DNA of 64,000 nt from Felis catus (lineage: Eukaryota), in assembly GCF_018350175.1 (NCBI RefSeq), contig NC_058373.1:114702001-114766000 (forward strand). The letters run 5' to 3'. The notes beneath the pieces are model-generated. The model saw only the letters and a program-made list of their open reading frames with translations, had not been told where the DNA came from and made no database searches. This document shows, one piece after another, positions 23,759-37,175 of this stretch; position 1 is the first letter of the stretch; every line of letters starts with the position of its first letter. Position numbers and translations under genes: made by a program.

Positions 23759-26122
23759 GGCAGACGGAGCGAGGTGTGCAGACACTCGGTGGCGTTCGCG
23801 GCTTCCAGAGGGTCCCCTCCCTCCCTTTCCCCCCCTAGGCTCCTCCCTCTCCTTCTCCGCCTCCTCCAGCAGCTGATCCTCAGCTGCGGCCGCGCTTCCG
23901 CGCCGCGCGGCCCTTCCGCCGGCGGCCGGTGCCGGGAGAACGCGGGTGGCGGCTGCCCCTCCCCCGCCGCGGGCTGCTGGCCGGAAGAACGCGGGCGGCT
24001 GGCCTGGAGACCGCGGGCGGCGGCGCGGCTTTCCCGCCCCAGCTCCTCCCCGCGCTGCGCCCCCTGAGCGGCCGCACTCTGTGAAGTTGAGGGCGCGTAA
24101 CAAACGGAGCGGCCGCGGGGCTGCGGGCTCGCCTTCCTCCCCCGGTGGCCGGCACTCCTTCGCCGCCGGCGGGCCCGGCTCCGGGACGAGGTCGGCTGCC
24201 CGCTCTTTTTTTTTCCGGTGGGGAAAATGCAGCCCGGAGTGGCAGACGGGTGGAGGACAGGCTCTGGTCGCCCTCCCTCGGTTCGTCTCATCCTGGGGCC
24301 GCCCGAACCCTGTCCAAGGGAAGGGAACCAGGAGTTAGGACTGGACACTTGGGGTAAGGCCGCTTGGGGGTTTTGTGAGTGCACCCGTCCCTCCCCCACC
24401 AAGTAAATCTTTAACACTGCCCACCCCCACCTCCACCCCAGTGCAGTTCTCCCTTCCCTCAGCCATTCAGTAAAAAGGCTATCGGTCTGGTAGATAATAA
24501 TAGATAATAATAAAGTGGTATATGGGAAAGGGGGCGGGGCCTAATACATGGGGCGAAAATTGCCCAAACTGAGTTGAGAAGCTCTGAGACACAAAGTACT
24601 GTCCATGAGTTCCAGGTACATTCGCAAGATGCAAGAAGCATTATTCGAAAATAGCAACATCCGTTATTTAATTGGGTGCAGTGAGCTCCTCTTCAAGGTC
24701 TTGAGCATAGAGCTCTGAGGCTGTACAGCTGTTAACCAGCAGCTACGTTCCAGGCCAGAAGTAGCTGCACTTCAGCAGGCGGGGAGCCTCCCTCCGCGCG
24801 TTGACCCCAGCGAGGAGACTGAGTGTTAAGTGCTTTGGAATTCTACCAGATACAGTAAAATCTCCCTGTCAGTGTATTGTACTTTTCCTAGAACCTATCC
24901 CCTGTCGTTAAAAGAAACCATGGTGAGCTACTAAAATAGGCAGGTGTCCTTTTCGCCCTTCCAATTTAGCAGGAATTCCATCCTCTGTATCAGAGATAGC
25001 GCATGGGCAGTTGAGCGCACGCAGCCATGAAAGGTGGACTGAACATGGAAGAGGACACCCAATCAAGCAAAATCACCTACTTCTATTTTTTGCAATAAGT
25101 AATTATACCAATAACAAATATGCGAGTAAGTTAAAGGTCAACGTTTTAACAAATGTTGCTGAACTTAGAAATTCACCAGATTTCAGAAATCATGGTTCTA
25201 ATGGAATATGATTTTCCTAAACAGACAATGTGTAGTGCTTTTCTGTTTTAAAAAGTTTTGTTCTCCGGATGCTTCATAGTGTTTATGCATTATAATAGCC
25301 CCATAAAGATCAGTAACAGTATGTATACCAGCTTGATTAATGATTTTTTAGCACCCAATATCTTTTCTTCATAGCAATATCATAACGTAATTAAACATGT
25401 ATTTGTGTGATTTTAGCAGAGCATCCCCAACTCTGCTGTAAGCTGAGAGCAGGAACCATGTCTGTCTGCTTACCCGTGTGTGTCCAGAGCCAGCACGTGC
25501 TGGCACTTAGTGGCCGCTTGAATATTTGTTGAATATTTGAATGAACTTAGGGAGTGAGGAAGAATCTGGAGGGGAAGGTAATGACTTCAGTTTTGGAAGG
25601 ATTGAGTATAAGATATCTATGCTTCATTGCAGTGGAGATGATTTCAAGGCCAGTTTCCCATCTCACTGTTCCTTTGCCTGGCATACTCAATCCACAGTTT
25701 CAAAAGCAGGAGTCATCTGGCACCTTCCAGATTAATGAGACATCACTTATACCTACCTTATTTGCTTGGGATGGAGGAGATGGACACAGTAATGATGTGG
25801 TTGAAGTGGCCTTTACTGTGGCGATATATGACACACTCTCCTCTCCCCTCTTAGGCATATATCTCCTCTCCACAACTTTAAATGTGACTTGCTTTTCCCC
25901 AATCCCTGGAATAACTGTCCCATTTACCACAGCCTAAAAATAGACCAGAATCTGATCACAAGCCAGCCCAATTCTAGGACTTTGCTAGAAACTTCCTTAA
26001 CTGTTCAGTGACCAACCAGGACAGAAATGTAGGACCACTCAGTCTGTTTATTTCCTACTGCTAGTCTGGGCAGCCTTTTGTAAGGAGAATGCATAAAATC
26101 TCTCTCCCTCTTTTCCCATAAT

Positions 26123-26309
26123 TGGGGTTGCCAGATAAAATGCAGGATGCCCAGTTCAATGTGAATTCAGACAAACAATGAATATTTTCTTAGCATATGT
26201 TTTTCCTATGCAATTTTTAGGATACACTTATACTAAATTATTCATTGTTTATCTGAAATTCAAATAGAATTGGAGCATCCTGTATCTTTTGTTAAATCTG
26301 GCGGTTCTA
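26123..26309. mobile_element. MER53 palindromic hAT MITE
   Basis: Long inverted arms (ggttgccagataaaatgcaggatgc...gcatcctgtatcttttgttaaatctggc); 8-bp TSD cccataat (26115-26122) / cctataat (26310-26317). Confidence 0.8.
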
Positions 26310-27599
26310 CCTATAATACAGCCCAGCTTCAAAAGATCAAGCCCCACGATATCTATTTGCTTTTATTAAGAATTTAACATAGTCTCTTGTGTCATTTATT
26401 GCAAACTAATAATATCATACGTAACTATATAACACTTAATCAACTTCAGTGACCATATGAGCTTGGCCTTTCTGATATAGGCATTCATTGTGAAAAGTCC
26501 AGTGTACTTAGCTCAAAAATAGCAAATGAAATTGGACTCCTGAATAATCTAACCACTGCATAGAATGCGCAGAGAAAAAGGAAGAAGAGTGAAAAATTCT
26601 TATTTTTCTTACCTAGGCTCAGAAACGCCTGTATATTGACACTGTTTTGAATTTCATTCTAGAAAAATGCTGTTTTGAAAATTCATTCTGAAAAAATCTA
26701 GATATGGGAATTACTTAACATGGGAACCCTTACTCTTTGCTCCACCATGGGTTGAATATTGATCAAACATAGAGTTCCCAGAAATTCATTTGTTCTTTGA
26801 TTTCTATTTTGTTTGGTCCTGATTATCACTGAAGAAGGAGTAAAGAATCTTTAAAAACTGACTAGATGCTAAGGAAATGCTCAAACATTAGAAATTGTTT
26901 AGGGGTAATCTGGATGGCTCAATGAGTGGAGCATACAACTCTTGATCTTGGGGTTAAGTTCAAGCCCCACATTGGGTGTAGAGATTATGTAAAAAATTTA
27001 AAAAAGGAAATTGTTAAAAAAAACAACTAAGAAAATACTAAGACCCTTCTCACACATTTACTAAATTTTAGCATATTAAGAGCTACATATGGAATCTACT
27101 ATCATCAGAAATGTTTCACTTAAAACATTTTTAATTCTAGGGGCATCAGGGTGGCTCAGTTGGTTAAGCGTCCAACTCTTGATTTTGGCTCAGGTCATGA
27201 TCTCATGGTTCCTGAGATCAAGCCCAGGGCCGGGCTCTGCACTGAGAGTGGAGCCTGCTTGGTATTCTCTCTCACTCTCTCTTGCTCTCTCTCTCTCTCT
27301 CCTTCAGCTCCCCCCCCCACCCCCGGCCATTCACACGCATGTACATGCATGCTCTCTCTAAATAAGTAACCATTTAAAAAACATTTTCAACTCTAAAGTA
27401 AGATAAACTGCTACTCATAGATAAGAGATATTAACTCAGACAAAGATCAACATCTTAACTATACATATAATTTGACTTTCAAATTTTAAAGGATGTTATT
27501 TATTGGTCATTTCAAATAGACAGCAATTTTCATTTTGAAAAAAAAATCTATTTAAATCAAATTCCTCCAACAAGATATATAGAATCAGAGGATATTGTT

Positions 27600-27947
27600 T
27601 TATAGTTTTTGTTCTTACATTTAAGTTTGTGATCCATTTTAAGTTCATTATTGTTCATACAGTGTGAGGTCAGGGTCTACGTTTGTTCTTTTGCATGCGA
27701 ACATCCAGTTGTCCTACCACCATTTTTCTAAAAAGACTGTTCTTTCCTCATCAAATTGCTAGTTGTATAGAAATGCAAGGGATGCCTGGGTGGCTCAGTC
27801 GGTTAAGCGTCTGACTTCGGTTCAGGTCATGATCTCATGGTTTGTGAGCCTGAGCCCCAGGTGGGGCTCTGTGCTGACAGCTCAGAGCCTAGAGCCTGTT
27901 TTGGATTCTGTGTCTCATTCTCTCTTTGCCCCTCCCCCACATGTGTG

Positions 27948-28001
<54 letters not shown>

Positions 28002-30185
28002 AATAAATAAAAATGTAAAAAAAAAAGTTAGAAATGCAATAGGTTTTTATATATTGACCTTGTATCATTCAAACCTGCTTAACCAATTTATTAGCTCTAA
28101 AGTTTTGTGTATGTTTCTCAAATTTTTTATATACAAGATCATCTTATAGACTCCTAGAAATCCAGATGCCTTTTATTTCTTTTTCTTAGCCAACTGACTT
28201 GGCCAGAACCTCTATACAATGTTGAATAGAAGTAGTAATAACAGACATCTTGTCTTACTCCTGGTATTAGGGCAAAAGATTTCACCTTTTAGTCACCCCC
28301 AAATACTATGTTACCTGTAGGTGTCACGTGATTCCCTTATCAGGTTGCAGGAGTTCCTTTTTATTCCAAATTGTAGAATGTTTTTTTATCATGAAAGGGT
28401 GTTAGATTTTGTCAAATGCTTTTTCTTTGTTCATTGAGATGATCATATGGTTTTGTCCTTTGCTACATTATGTTAATTGATTTTGTTAAACCAATCTTCC
28501 ATTCCCTATTTGGTCATCATATTTAATCCTTTATATTCATTGCTGGATTCACCTTGCTAGTATTTTTTTTTTTTTTTTAAGATAAAGGGTGTGTGTGCTA
28601 GCAAGCTGGGGGAAGGGCAGAGGGAGTAGGAAAGAGAGAACCTTTTTTTTTTTTTTAATGTTTTTAATGCTTTTATTTATTTTTGAGAGAGAGAGTTCAG
28701 GAGCAGGGGAGGGGCAGAAAGAGAGGGAGACATAGAATCTGAAGCAGGCTCCAGGCTCTGAGCTGTCAGCACAGAGCCTGACGTGGGGCTCGACCTCACA
28801 AGCCATGGGATCATGACCTGAGCCGGAGTCAGCTGAGCCACCCAGGCACCCCAAAAGAATCTTAAGCTGGTTCCAGGCCCAGCTCAGAGACCTTAGTAGC
28901 CACAGTGATAGCAACGGGCTTGATCTCACGACTGTGACATCATGACCTGAGCCAAAATCAAAAGTCAGACACTTAACCTACAAAGCCACCCAGGCGGCCC
29001 TGGTCTTTGGTTTTCTTAGGATATCTTTGTCTGGTTTGGGATCAGGGCCTCATAAAAGGAGCCAGGAAGTCCATTCTCTATTTGTGGGAAGAGTCTGTGA
29101 AGGATTAGCATTAACCTTTTTGAAACATTTGGTAGTGGTGCACCTGGCCGGCTTAATCAGTAGAGCATGGGACTCTTGCTCTCAGGGTCATGAGTTTAAG
29201 CCCACGTTGGGGGGTAGAGTTTACTTTAAAAAAAAAAAAAAAAAGAAGATAAAGCTTTTTTTTTTTTTTTTTAAATAAACTTTTGGTAGAATTTACTAGG
29301 GACATCACCTCGCCTAGGCTTTTCTTTGTGGGAAGGTTTTGATTACTGCTTTAATGTCTTCACGTGTTACAATTTTATTCAGATGTTCTGTTTCTTTTTG
29401 ATTCAGTTTTGGTAGTTTGTGTGCTTCAAGGAATTCACCTAGGTTATTCAAGTTGTTGGCATTTTGATAATACTCCCTTATAATTTTTTTCTTTCTGTTG
29501 GTAGTAATATCAGCTCTTTCATTCTTAATTCTAGTAATTTGGATTTTCCATCTCTTTTTTTTTTTTCTTGGTCTAGATAAAGACTTGTCAATTTTGTTGA
29601 TATTTTCAAAGAACCAACATTTGGTTTTGTTTATTGTTTTTCTTCTCTTTTTCATTTATTTTTTCTGTGGTCTTTATAATTCACTTCCTTCTGCTTGCTT
29701 TGGGTTTAGTCTTTTTCTAATTTTTTAAGTTGGAAGCCTGTTACATTTTGAAATCTTTCTTTTTGATATAGATGTTTACAGCTTTTCATTTCTCTTTTTT
29801 TTTAATATTTATTTTTGAGGGACAGAGAGACAGACAGGGTGCAAGCAGGGGAGGGGCAGAGAGAGAGGGAGACACAGAATCCAAAGCAGGCTCCATGCTC
29901 TGAGCTGTCAGCACAGAGTCTGATGCAGAGATCATGACCTGAGCCGAAGTTGGATGCTCAACCGACTGAGCCACCCAGGCACCCCTATTTCTTTCATTTC
30001 TCTTTAAGCACTATTTTAACTGCATCCTGTACATTTTTGTATGTTGTCTATTTTCATTCATCTTAAGGTGTTTGCTAATTTCCCTTATAATTTCTTCCAT
30101 GACACACTGGTTATTTGAGAGTGTTTATTTTCCACATATTTCCAAATTTCCCAAATTTCCTTCTGTTCATTGATTTCTAATTCTT
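27600..30185 (-). mobile_element. LINE-1 ORF2 fragments with several SINE insertions
   Basis: ORF 29314..29655 (INKTKCWFFENINKIDKSLSR...ITRIKNERADITT...IIREYYQ...HKLPKLNQKETEHLN) is L1 ORF2p. Confidence 0.9.
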
Positions 30186-31554
30186 TTTTTAAAGGGGGGA
30201 TTTTTCACAAGTCTTGAAATGAATTCCCAGGCTGTGTAGTAATTGAATTCAGTAAAGTTAGGATATTACTTGTTATTAGAATTTTCAAATCATATTCCAA
30301 CTTACTTTCCAGATGTTTAGTTCAAGTTTGCCATGCATAATTCTTCATGGTGAATGAAGTCTAGTTTGAAATAAACTTTATGGAGTGAAAGTGCGCAGGA
30401 ATTCTCAATGGCCAGGATTATTCAGTGACATTTTCTGTGATATTCTACACTAACCATCTGGGTTTTGTATATTTGAAGTTTCCTTGACAAAATCATCATG
30501 AGCCAGCTGCTTTTACTTTTATTTTTAATTATTTTTAATTTTAGGCTTCCATATGAATAGCCCCTAGTGAGTGGTATGAGAAACTGTTAAAAATAGTTAT
30601 TGTGTATTGCAATAGGTATGTGGTCATATAGCCGAGATTTCTTTTCCAGAGATGGTCCCATGGATTTATAATGCTTACTGAGCATTTTTAATGTTCAAAT
30701 ACCATTTGGAAAATAAAATTGGGCAATTCCCCTTCCCCAAAGTAAAGTACGCCCAAGGAGAAAAAAGGAGATTCTCTGGTACAGAAGTCAAATTTAAATT
30801 GCCTTTGTGGATTCAGTGGTAATCAAAGACAGGCTGCTGGAAAATGAACTGACCACAGCGTGTGTTTATGAAATGTTTCCCCCTTCCTTCTGAATAAACT
30901 ACATGAACATAATTAATGTTCTTAACTACAGATCCCATTTAAGTTGGAGCTGGTGATGAGTTTGCTGGAAGATAATTATTATTCAAATCACAAAATGATA
31001 AAACTTATGGGATCTCAGAAATCACCTGGTCAAATCCCTTCACCATCCAAAGTTTGTTTGGGTCACCATTGAATCTACAGCATGAAGAAGAGTTCCTGGC
31101 TCACTAATAGCTGGATGAAGGAATCTTCCTGAAATGCTCCTGCTCAAGACTCTCCCTTTTCTCTTTCATGCCGGGTCCAGACTCCTTTATCTGCCTGTGA
31201 AGTCCCTCTGTGATATGTCTCAGCCAAATCTGTAACTAGATTTCCTGTTACTGTTCATCACATACCAACTACTTCCCTATATACCTCCACATACTCTCGA
31301 CAATCCTTTACATATCTTGAGGTCCACTTCATCCATCCAAATTCTATACATCTATGAATCCCTTCTCTGATAAATCTAACCCATATTAGTTTGCATTTTT
31401 TTTTTCCTCCTAAGATTCTGGTCATGCTTACATTAGCATCACAGTTTACCCTTTAAATGTTTAACATCTCTATGTCCCTATGTAGTTTTAAAAAGTACCT
31501 AACACACATTTCTTTTAGCCTTCTAACAATCCTGTGCAGTTGGACATGAATTAA

Positions 31555-34500
31555 TTATTCATTCATTCGAGAAATGTTCATTGAACATTCACTGTGTGCC
31601 ACTGCCCTGGGTAGGCATAAAGGATATAATAGCAAAAAAGAAGAACCAATGTTCAAAGTACTTACAGGACAGAAACAGAGTCTAATCGGATAATCAGGCA
31701 GTAAATGTAAGATTACAACAATAACAATTGCTAACATCTACTGGACATTTATTATGTGGCTGGCACTGTTCTGAGTCTTTTATAGACTCATTTAATTTTC
31801 TCAACCACCCTGGGAAGAAAGTACTATTGTTCCATTTTGCATGTAAGGAAAATAACAGTTGTGGTACATGAAAGTATGTGATGCCTCAGTTTCCACGTGC
31901 ATTCAATGGAGTTGTTATGATAAATAAATTCTTATTGGTAGAGCCCTTAGATCAGTGTCCAATTTGTATTAAACATGACTATTAGCTATGATGATGATGG
32001 CAGTGAGAGATTAAAAGAGGGAATCCTATCAGAGACATTAAAGAGAGCTGTAATCTAAAGGACAGGTAGGTGTGAATGAGACCAAGTGGATGGTTGGGGG
32101 AGGGAGGTGCTCCAAGCATAGGTTACAGCACATGCAAAGGCTCTGTGTGGGGAGAAACCTAGAAGGCCCGTGTGGCGGAAGGTGGGATGGGGACATGGTA
32201 TCAGGTGAGGGTGAAGTTAGATAGCTGCTAGGTTCTGCAAGGACCTGGCCCTATTAAGGACTTCAGTCTTTAAAAGTCACTGAAGGCTCTTTAACAGGGG
32301 GCTTATATGATCAAACATGCATTTTATAAGATTATTTTGCTGTAAGAAGAAAGGATTGGGAGTGGATTGAAGTAGATGATTAAGAAGTTTTATGGTAATA
32401 CAGGGGAGAAAATATGGTAGCTTAGACAAGACGACTAAAAGTGGAGTTGGAGAGAAGTAGACGGATTTAATATAAAAAGAATCTGGTGATGGATTCGAGA
32501 GAGTAGAGGCAAGACATTAGGGAAATGCCTAGGTATATAGAACCCCTGGAAAAAGCAAAGTTTTGAGGGGGAAACCATGAGTTCAGTTACATACATATTG
32601 AATTTGAGGTACCTCTGAGACTTCCAATAAAAATTGATAGTAGCCTGAGCTCAGACGCACGATCAAGGCTGGAGTTGTTGACGTGAGGTGGTGGTAAAGT
32701 CTTAGGCATGGACAAGAATATTCAGGAGTGATACCAAGTGGGAAGAAGAGAGAAGGCTTAGTATTGAGACGTTTGGGTTTAATGCCTGGGTAGAGGAGGA
32801 TATACTTGCAAGGAGGATATACTAGCCAGAAGTATAAAAAAAAAATAGTGGAGGAGTATTGTTATGGAACCTGGGACAAAACAGCATTTCAAGGAGAGAA
32901 TGATCGATTGTGTCAATTGTTGGTGAAAAGTCAACAAGATGACTGAAAAATGTTGGATTTGTTGACACCAATGCTTCACTAGTGAGACACCCAGGATCTC
33001 AATCAGAGCTCCTTCAGGGGTATGATAATGTGGGACCCAAATGGCTGAACAGTGAGTGGAAGGAAGGAAAATGGAGGCAGTTAGGTGAGTAACTAGAAAG
33101 GAAATTAGGATCCAGGAAGGTTTTGTTATTGTTGTTGTTGTCGTCGTCGTTGTTGTTGTTTTAAATGTTTATTTATTTTTGACAGAGACAGAGTGCAAGT
33201 TGGGGAGAGGCAGAGAGAGAGGGAGAGACAGAATCTGAAGCAGACTCCAGGCTCTGAGCTGTCAGCACAGAGCTCAATTCAGGGCTTCTACCCAGACTCA
33301 GTGAGATCATGACCTGAGCTGAAGTCAGGTCATGACTGAGCCACCCTGAACCAACTGAGCCACCCAGGTGCCCCCTTTGGTTTTTTTTTGTTTTTTTTTT
33401 TAATTTTTTTTTCAACGTTTATTTATTTTTGGGACAGAGAGAGACAGAGCATGAATGGGGGAGGGGCAGAGAGAGAGGGAGACACAGAATTGGAAACAGG
33501 CTCCAGGCTCTGAGCCATCAGCCCAGAGCCCGACGCGGGGCTCGAACTCACGGACCGCGAGATCGTGACCTGGCTGAAGTCGGGCGCTTAACCGACTGTG
33601 CCACCCAGGCGCCCCAACCCCCTTTGTTTTTTAATGGGGGTAAAAAAAAAAAGGTTGAGAATGTTTAAAAAAACATTGTGAAGGACCCTGTTCAGAGGGA
33701 AAAATTGAAAAAGATACACAGATGAAACCAGACTGTGCAGTCTACAAGGAGGAGTTCTGAGGAAGCAGGGCAGAAGAGATACAAAGCACAGGAAAAGAAT
33801 TTGGAAGGACTGCTCCTTCACTGATGTAGGAGAGAGAGAAGACAGGATGGGTACAGGTGAAGGTAGGATTATAAGATTATAGGAAGAAGATGGGGAGTGC
33901 CCATGTGATAGTTTCAACTTTTTTCTGTCAAGGAAGATGGTCATCTACTGAGAATATAGGGCAAGAAGGGGGGAACCAAAGTTTGATGAGAGAGGAAATG
34001 ATTGAATTAACAGAAAACAGGAGGGCAAGATGACCCAACCTGAATGATGTTTAGGGCTCATTTGGACATTCTCTGGAACCAATAAGCAGTATACAAACTG
34101 CCCATAACCAGGGCCGTAAAGAAAACAGTTCATTTAGGTTTGGGATTTTCCAGGTAGATGAACTGAAAAAAGAAAAAAAAAAAAAGAGGAACAATGGAGT
34201 TTAGGGTTGTTTAGGTTGACAAAACAGTGAAATTATAGTTCATGGAATCTAACCTAGATCAGGTGGGAGAATAAGAGGGGCGCTTGAGTGGCTCAATCAA
34301 TTGAGCATCCGACTCTTGATTTCTGTTCAGGTCATGATCTCACGGTTCATGGGTTCCAGCCCAGCCCCCACAGGCCTCTCTCTCTCTCTGTGTCTCTCTC
34401 TCTGTCTCTCTCTCTCTCTCAAATAAATAAACTTTAAAAGTGAAGGAGGGAGGGGCACCTGGGTGGCTCAGTCAGTTAAGCGTCTGACTTCGGCTCAGGT

Positions 34501-35200
34501 CATGATCTTGAGGTTTGTGAGTTCAAGCCCCGTGTCAGGCTCTGTGCTGACAGCTCAGAGCCTGGAGCCTGCTTCGGATTCTGTGTCTCCCTCTCTCTCT
34601 GCCCCTCCCCTGTTCACACTCTGTCTCTCAATAATAAATACACGTTAAAAAATTTTTTTTAATAAAAAAAAGTGAAGGAGGGAGAACAAGAAAGGAATTG
34701 AAAGAAAGCTGATGAGGGTCAATGAATGAAGGTGCCAATGAGGTTGAAAAAAGCTGTAGGAGTAGTTAATAGACGATTTGGAAGGAGAAGAGATTGTAAA
34801 GAAGATGTTTGAATTAGTGATTCTGAAACTGACACAGTTATGATGACAGGGTCCAAAGGGTGATGGAAGGAGTCGGTGACTCCTGTGAAGTCAAGGAAAA
34901 GGATATTGAGATCAAAGAAATGAGTGGCCAGGACCCTCGTGGACAGATCATCTTGTTGATTGTTGAAGTCACCCAGGATAATGGCAGGGCTTATGGTAGA
35001 GGGAAATAATTGGCCAAAGTCTTTGCTTGACTGAAGGGGGAGTTACATGAATACAGCAGATAAGGGGAAGAGAAAAAGAATTAAGCAGGTGAGTGGCATG
35101 GGCCTCAGAGAAGCTGGCTGTTCTTTTTCTTTTTAAGCAAAGTGTAAGAATAATAGCCAGAATATAGCAATAAGAAGCAAAACAACAACAATCTCACCTC
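31555..35200 (-). mobile_element. Fragmented LINE-2 with nested MIR and SINEs
   Basis: L2 3' signature attcattcattc...ttgaacattcactgtgtgcc and purine-rich L2 body (catgagttcagttacatacatattgaatttgaggt). Confidence 0.6.
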
Positions 35201-35406
35201 TGTTAGAGGAAAAATTTTAAAAACTGTAAAAAAATTAAAATCATGGGATACCTGGGTGGCTCAGTCAGTTGAGTGTCTGATTCTGGATTTCAGCTCAGGT
35301 CATGATCCAGAGTCATGGGATCAAGCCCCAAGTTGGGTTCTGCCCTGAGGATAGAGCCTTCTTGGGATTCTCTCTTTCTCCCTCTGCCCCTCTCCTCTGC
35401 TCAAGT

Positions 35407-35443
<37 letters not shown>

Positions 35444-36262
35444 AGAAAAGAAATCTTTAAAAAAATTAAAATCATGACTTATACAGATATAAAATGAAAT
35501 GTGTTAAAGGTTTTAACCATTATTAATAAGTTAACCAGTGAGATGTCCAAAGGTGAATCCACATTTATAGGTCAGGAAAATTGAAGTGAACTTGAAAAGA
35601 AAGCAAAATTGACTTCTACCCATATTGGAGGAGGCTAGTCCACTAAATTTCCACTGGACAGAATTTATTTCATGTCTATAGACAAGAATTATTATGCATT
35701 ACTATTAGTTCTCTACAGTTTACAGAGTTGTAAAATACCTCAAAAGCAACAAAAAGCTAGGGGCACCTGGATGGCTCAGGCAGTTAAGTGTCTGACTTCA
35801 GCTCAGGTCATGATCTTGCGGTTCGTGGGTCGACCCCCAAGTTGGACTCTATGCTGACAGCTCAGAGCCTGGAGTCTGCTTTAGATTCTGTTGTCTCCCT
35901 CTCTCTCTGCCCCTCCCAAATTTGTGTTGTCTCTCTCTTTCTTTCTCAGAAATAAATAAACATATTTAAAAAATTTTAAGCAATACAAGGCTAGAATCAG
36001 ATAACCTGAAGAATGCATAGTTTTCCATTGGAAACACCGGTTATAGTTTTTGCTTATATCAAATTCTGTCTATAAACAGCACGATTTGGGTGGGGCAACA
36101 GGAATATCTGACTGACTGAGAGTCAGCTGGATTTTAATAAAGATAAATGGAAGAGAAAGCTTGACAATACAGGGACTTTTGCAGGTTATAGATAATGAGT
36201 TCCGGAGAGCATAGTGGAAGGGTTTGGAAGGTAGGATGAGGTTGGGAAAGAGGCAAGGATGT

Positions 36263-36329
36263 AAAGTAACATAATAAGTAACATAATAAGACATAAGTAA
36301 GTAATAAGACATAAGTAACATAATAAGAC
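36263..36329. repeat. AT-rich minisatellite built of aagtaacataat and aagacat modules
   Basis: Direct reading. Confidence 0.85.
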
Positions 36330-36335
36330 TTTCCA

Positions 36336-36730
36336 CCTGTGGTTCCCAATGCAAGAGTGGGTTTGCCCTCTTCCCCTAGGGTTGTTGCATAAAACACAGG
36401 AACCCAGTTAAATTTGGATTTCCAATAAATAGAGAATAGGATTAAAAAAATAAGTACCTCCTTTTGTTTTGGTTTTTGCTTTTGTTTTGTTTTGTTTTGT
36501 TTTGTTTTGTTTTGCTATATCTGACAACCCTACCCTAAGGGGACTCTTGTCACTGTTTGGGGGAGTTTTAGATTGTCACAACCGATTGTGCGGGGAGTAC
36601 TATTGGTATTTGGTATTTAGTAGGTTGAAGCCAGGGACTCTGTTAAAAAAACTTACAATGTACAGGAAAGTCCCCACAAAAAGAATTTTCCAGCCCAAAT
36701 TGTCAGTAGTGCTCAGCTTGAAAAACCTGG
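36336..36730 (+). mobile_element. MER20 with a nested, internally deleted MER53 (36377-36532)
   Basis: MER20 5' end ctgtggttcccaa resumes after tagggttg...gacaacccta and ends cttgaaaaacctgg. Confidence 0.65.
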
Positions 36731-37109
36731 TACTTGAATAAATGATCTCCAAATTTTTTATTATCACAAACTCTCAACATGTTATAACATGAACCCACAT
36801 TATCAATACATTGTATGTGTGTAATAATGCCCTAATTTGTCGTGGACATTTTTAAATCATAAAAATGTTTTAAAATTTAAAAATTAAAGGATAAGATGAA
36901 GATGAAAGAAACATAATATTTTAAAATATAAAACTGTTTATTACCTTTTGCTTCCACGACCTTGTTTTTAAAGTAAACTCAATTTGATTTTAATTCATTT
37001 TTGAAATGGTGGTTTAATATACTATAATAATATTTTCAAAGTTTGTACCTATTATCTATTACTTGGTTTTAATGGAAATGAAACTCACAAAGATATAAAG
37101 GATCCAAAT

Positions 37110-37175
37110 GGAAAAATATTTAGCTGGACTTACTCAAACACGGGAAAAATATTTAGCTGGATTTACTCAAACATG
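37110..37175. repeat. 33-bp tandem duplication (2 mismatches)
   Basis: ggaaaaatatttagctggacttactcaaacacg / ggaaaaatatttagctggatttactcaaacatg. Confidence 0.92.

Larger units (their letters stand above)
22040..24380. promoter_or_regulatory. DCAF5: CpG island / DCAF5 promoter and 5' UTR
   Basis: Very GC- and CpG-rich, repeat-free stretch spanning exon 1; GC box GGGGCGGGGC just outside at ~24531-24540. Confidence 0.93.

Noticed and set aside
22051..24417. Long overlapping Pro/Arg/Gly-rich ORFs (204 aa, 244 aa, 173 aa) in the CpG island
   Set aside because: Stop-codon scarcity in GC-rich DNA; many use non-ATG starts and show no recognisable domain. Only 23421-23634 matches a known protein.
25554..25937. 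127-aa plus-strand ORF and overlapping 76-aa minus-strand ORF upstream of DCAF5
   Set aside because: GTG starts, begins in L2-like sequence, no recognisable homology; a tBLASTn/PhyloCSF check would settle it.
36263..37175. Short direct repeats as a possible CRISPR-like array
   Set aside because: Tandem units with no unique spacers, no cas genes, mammalian context.
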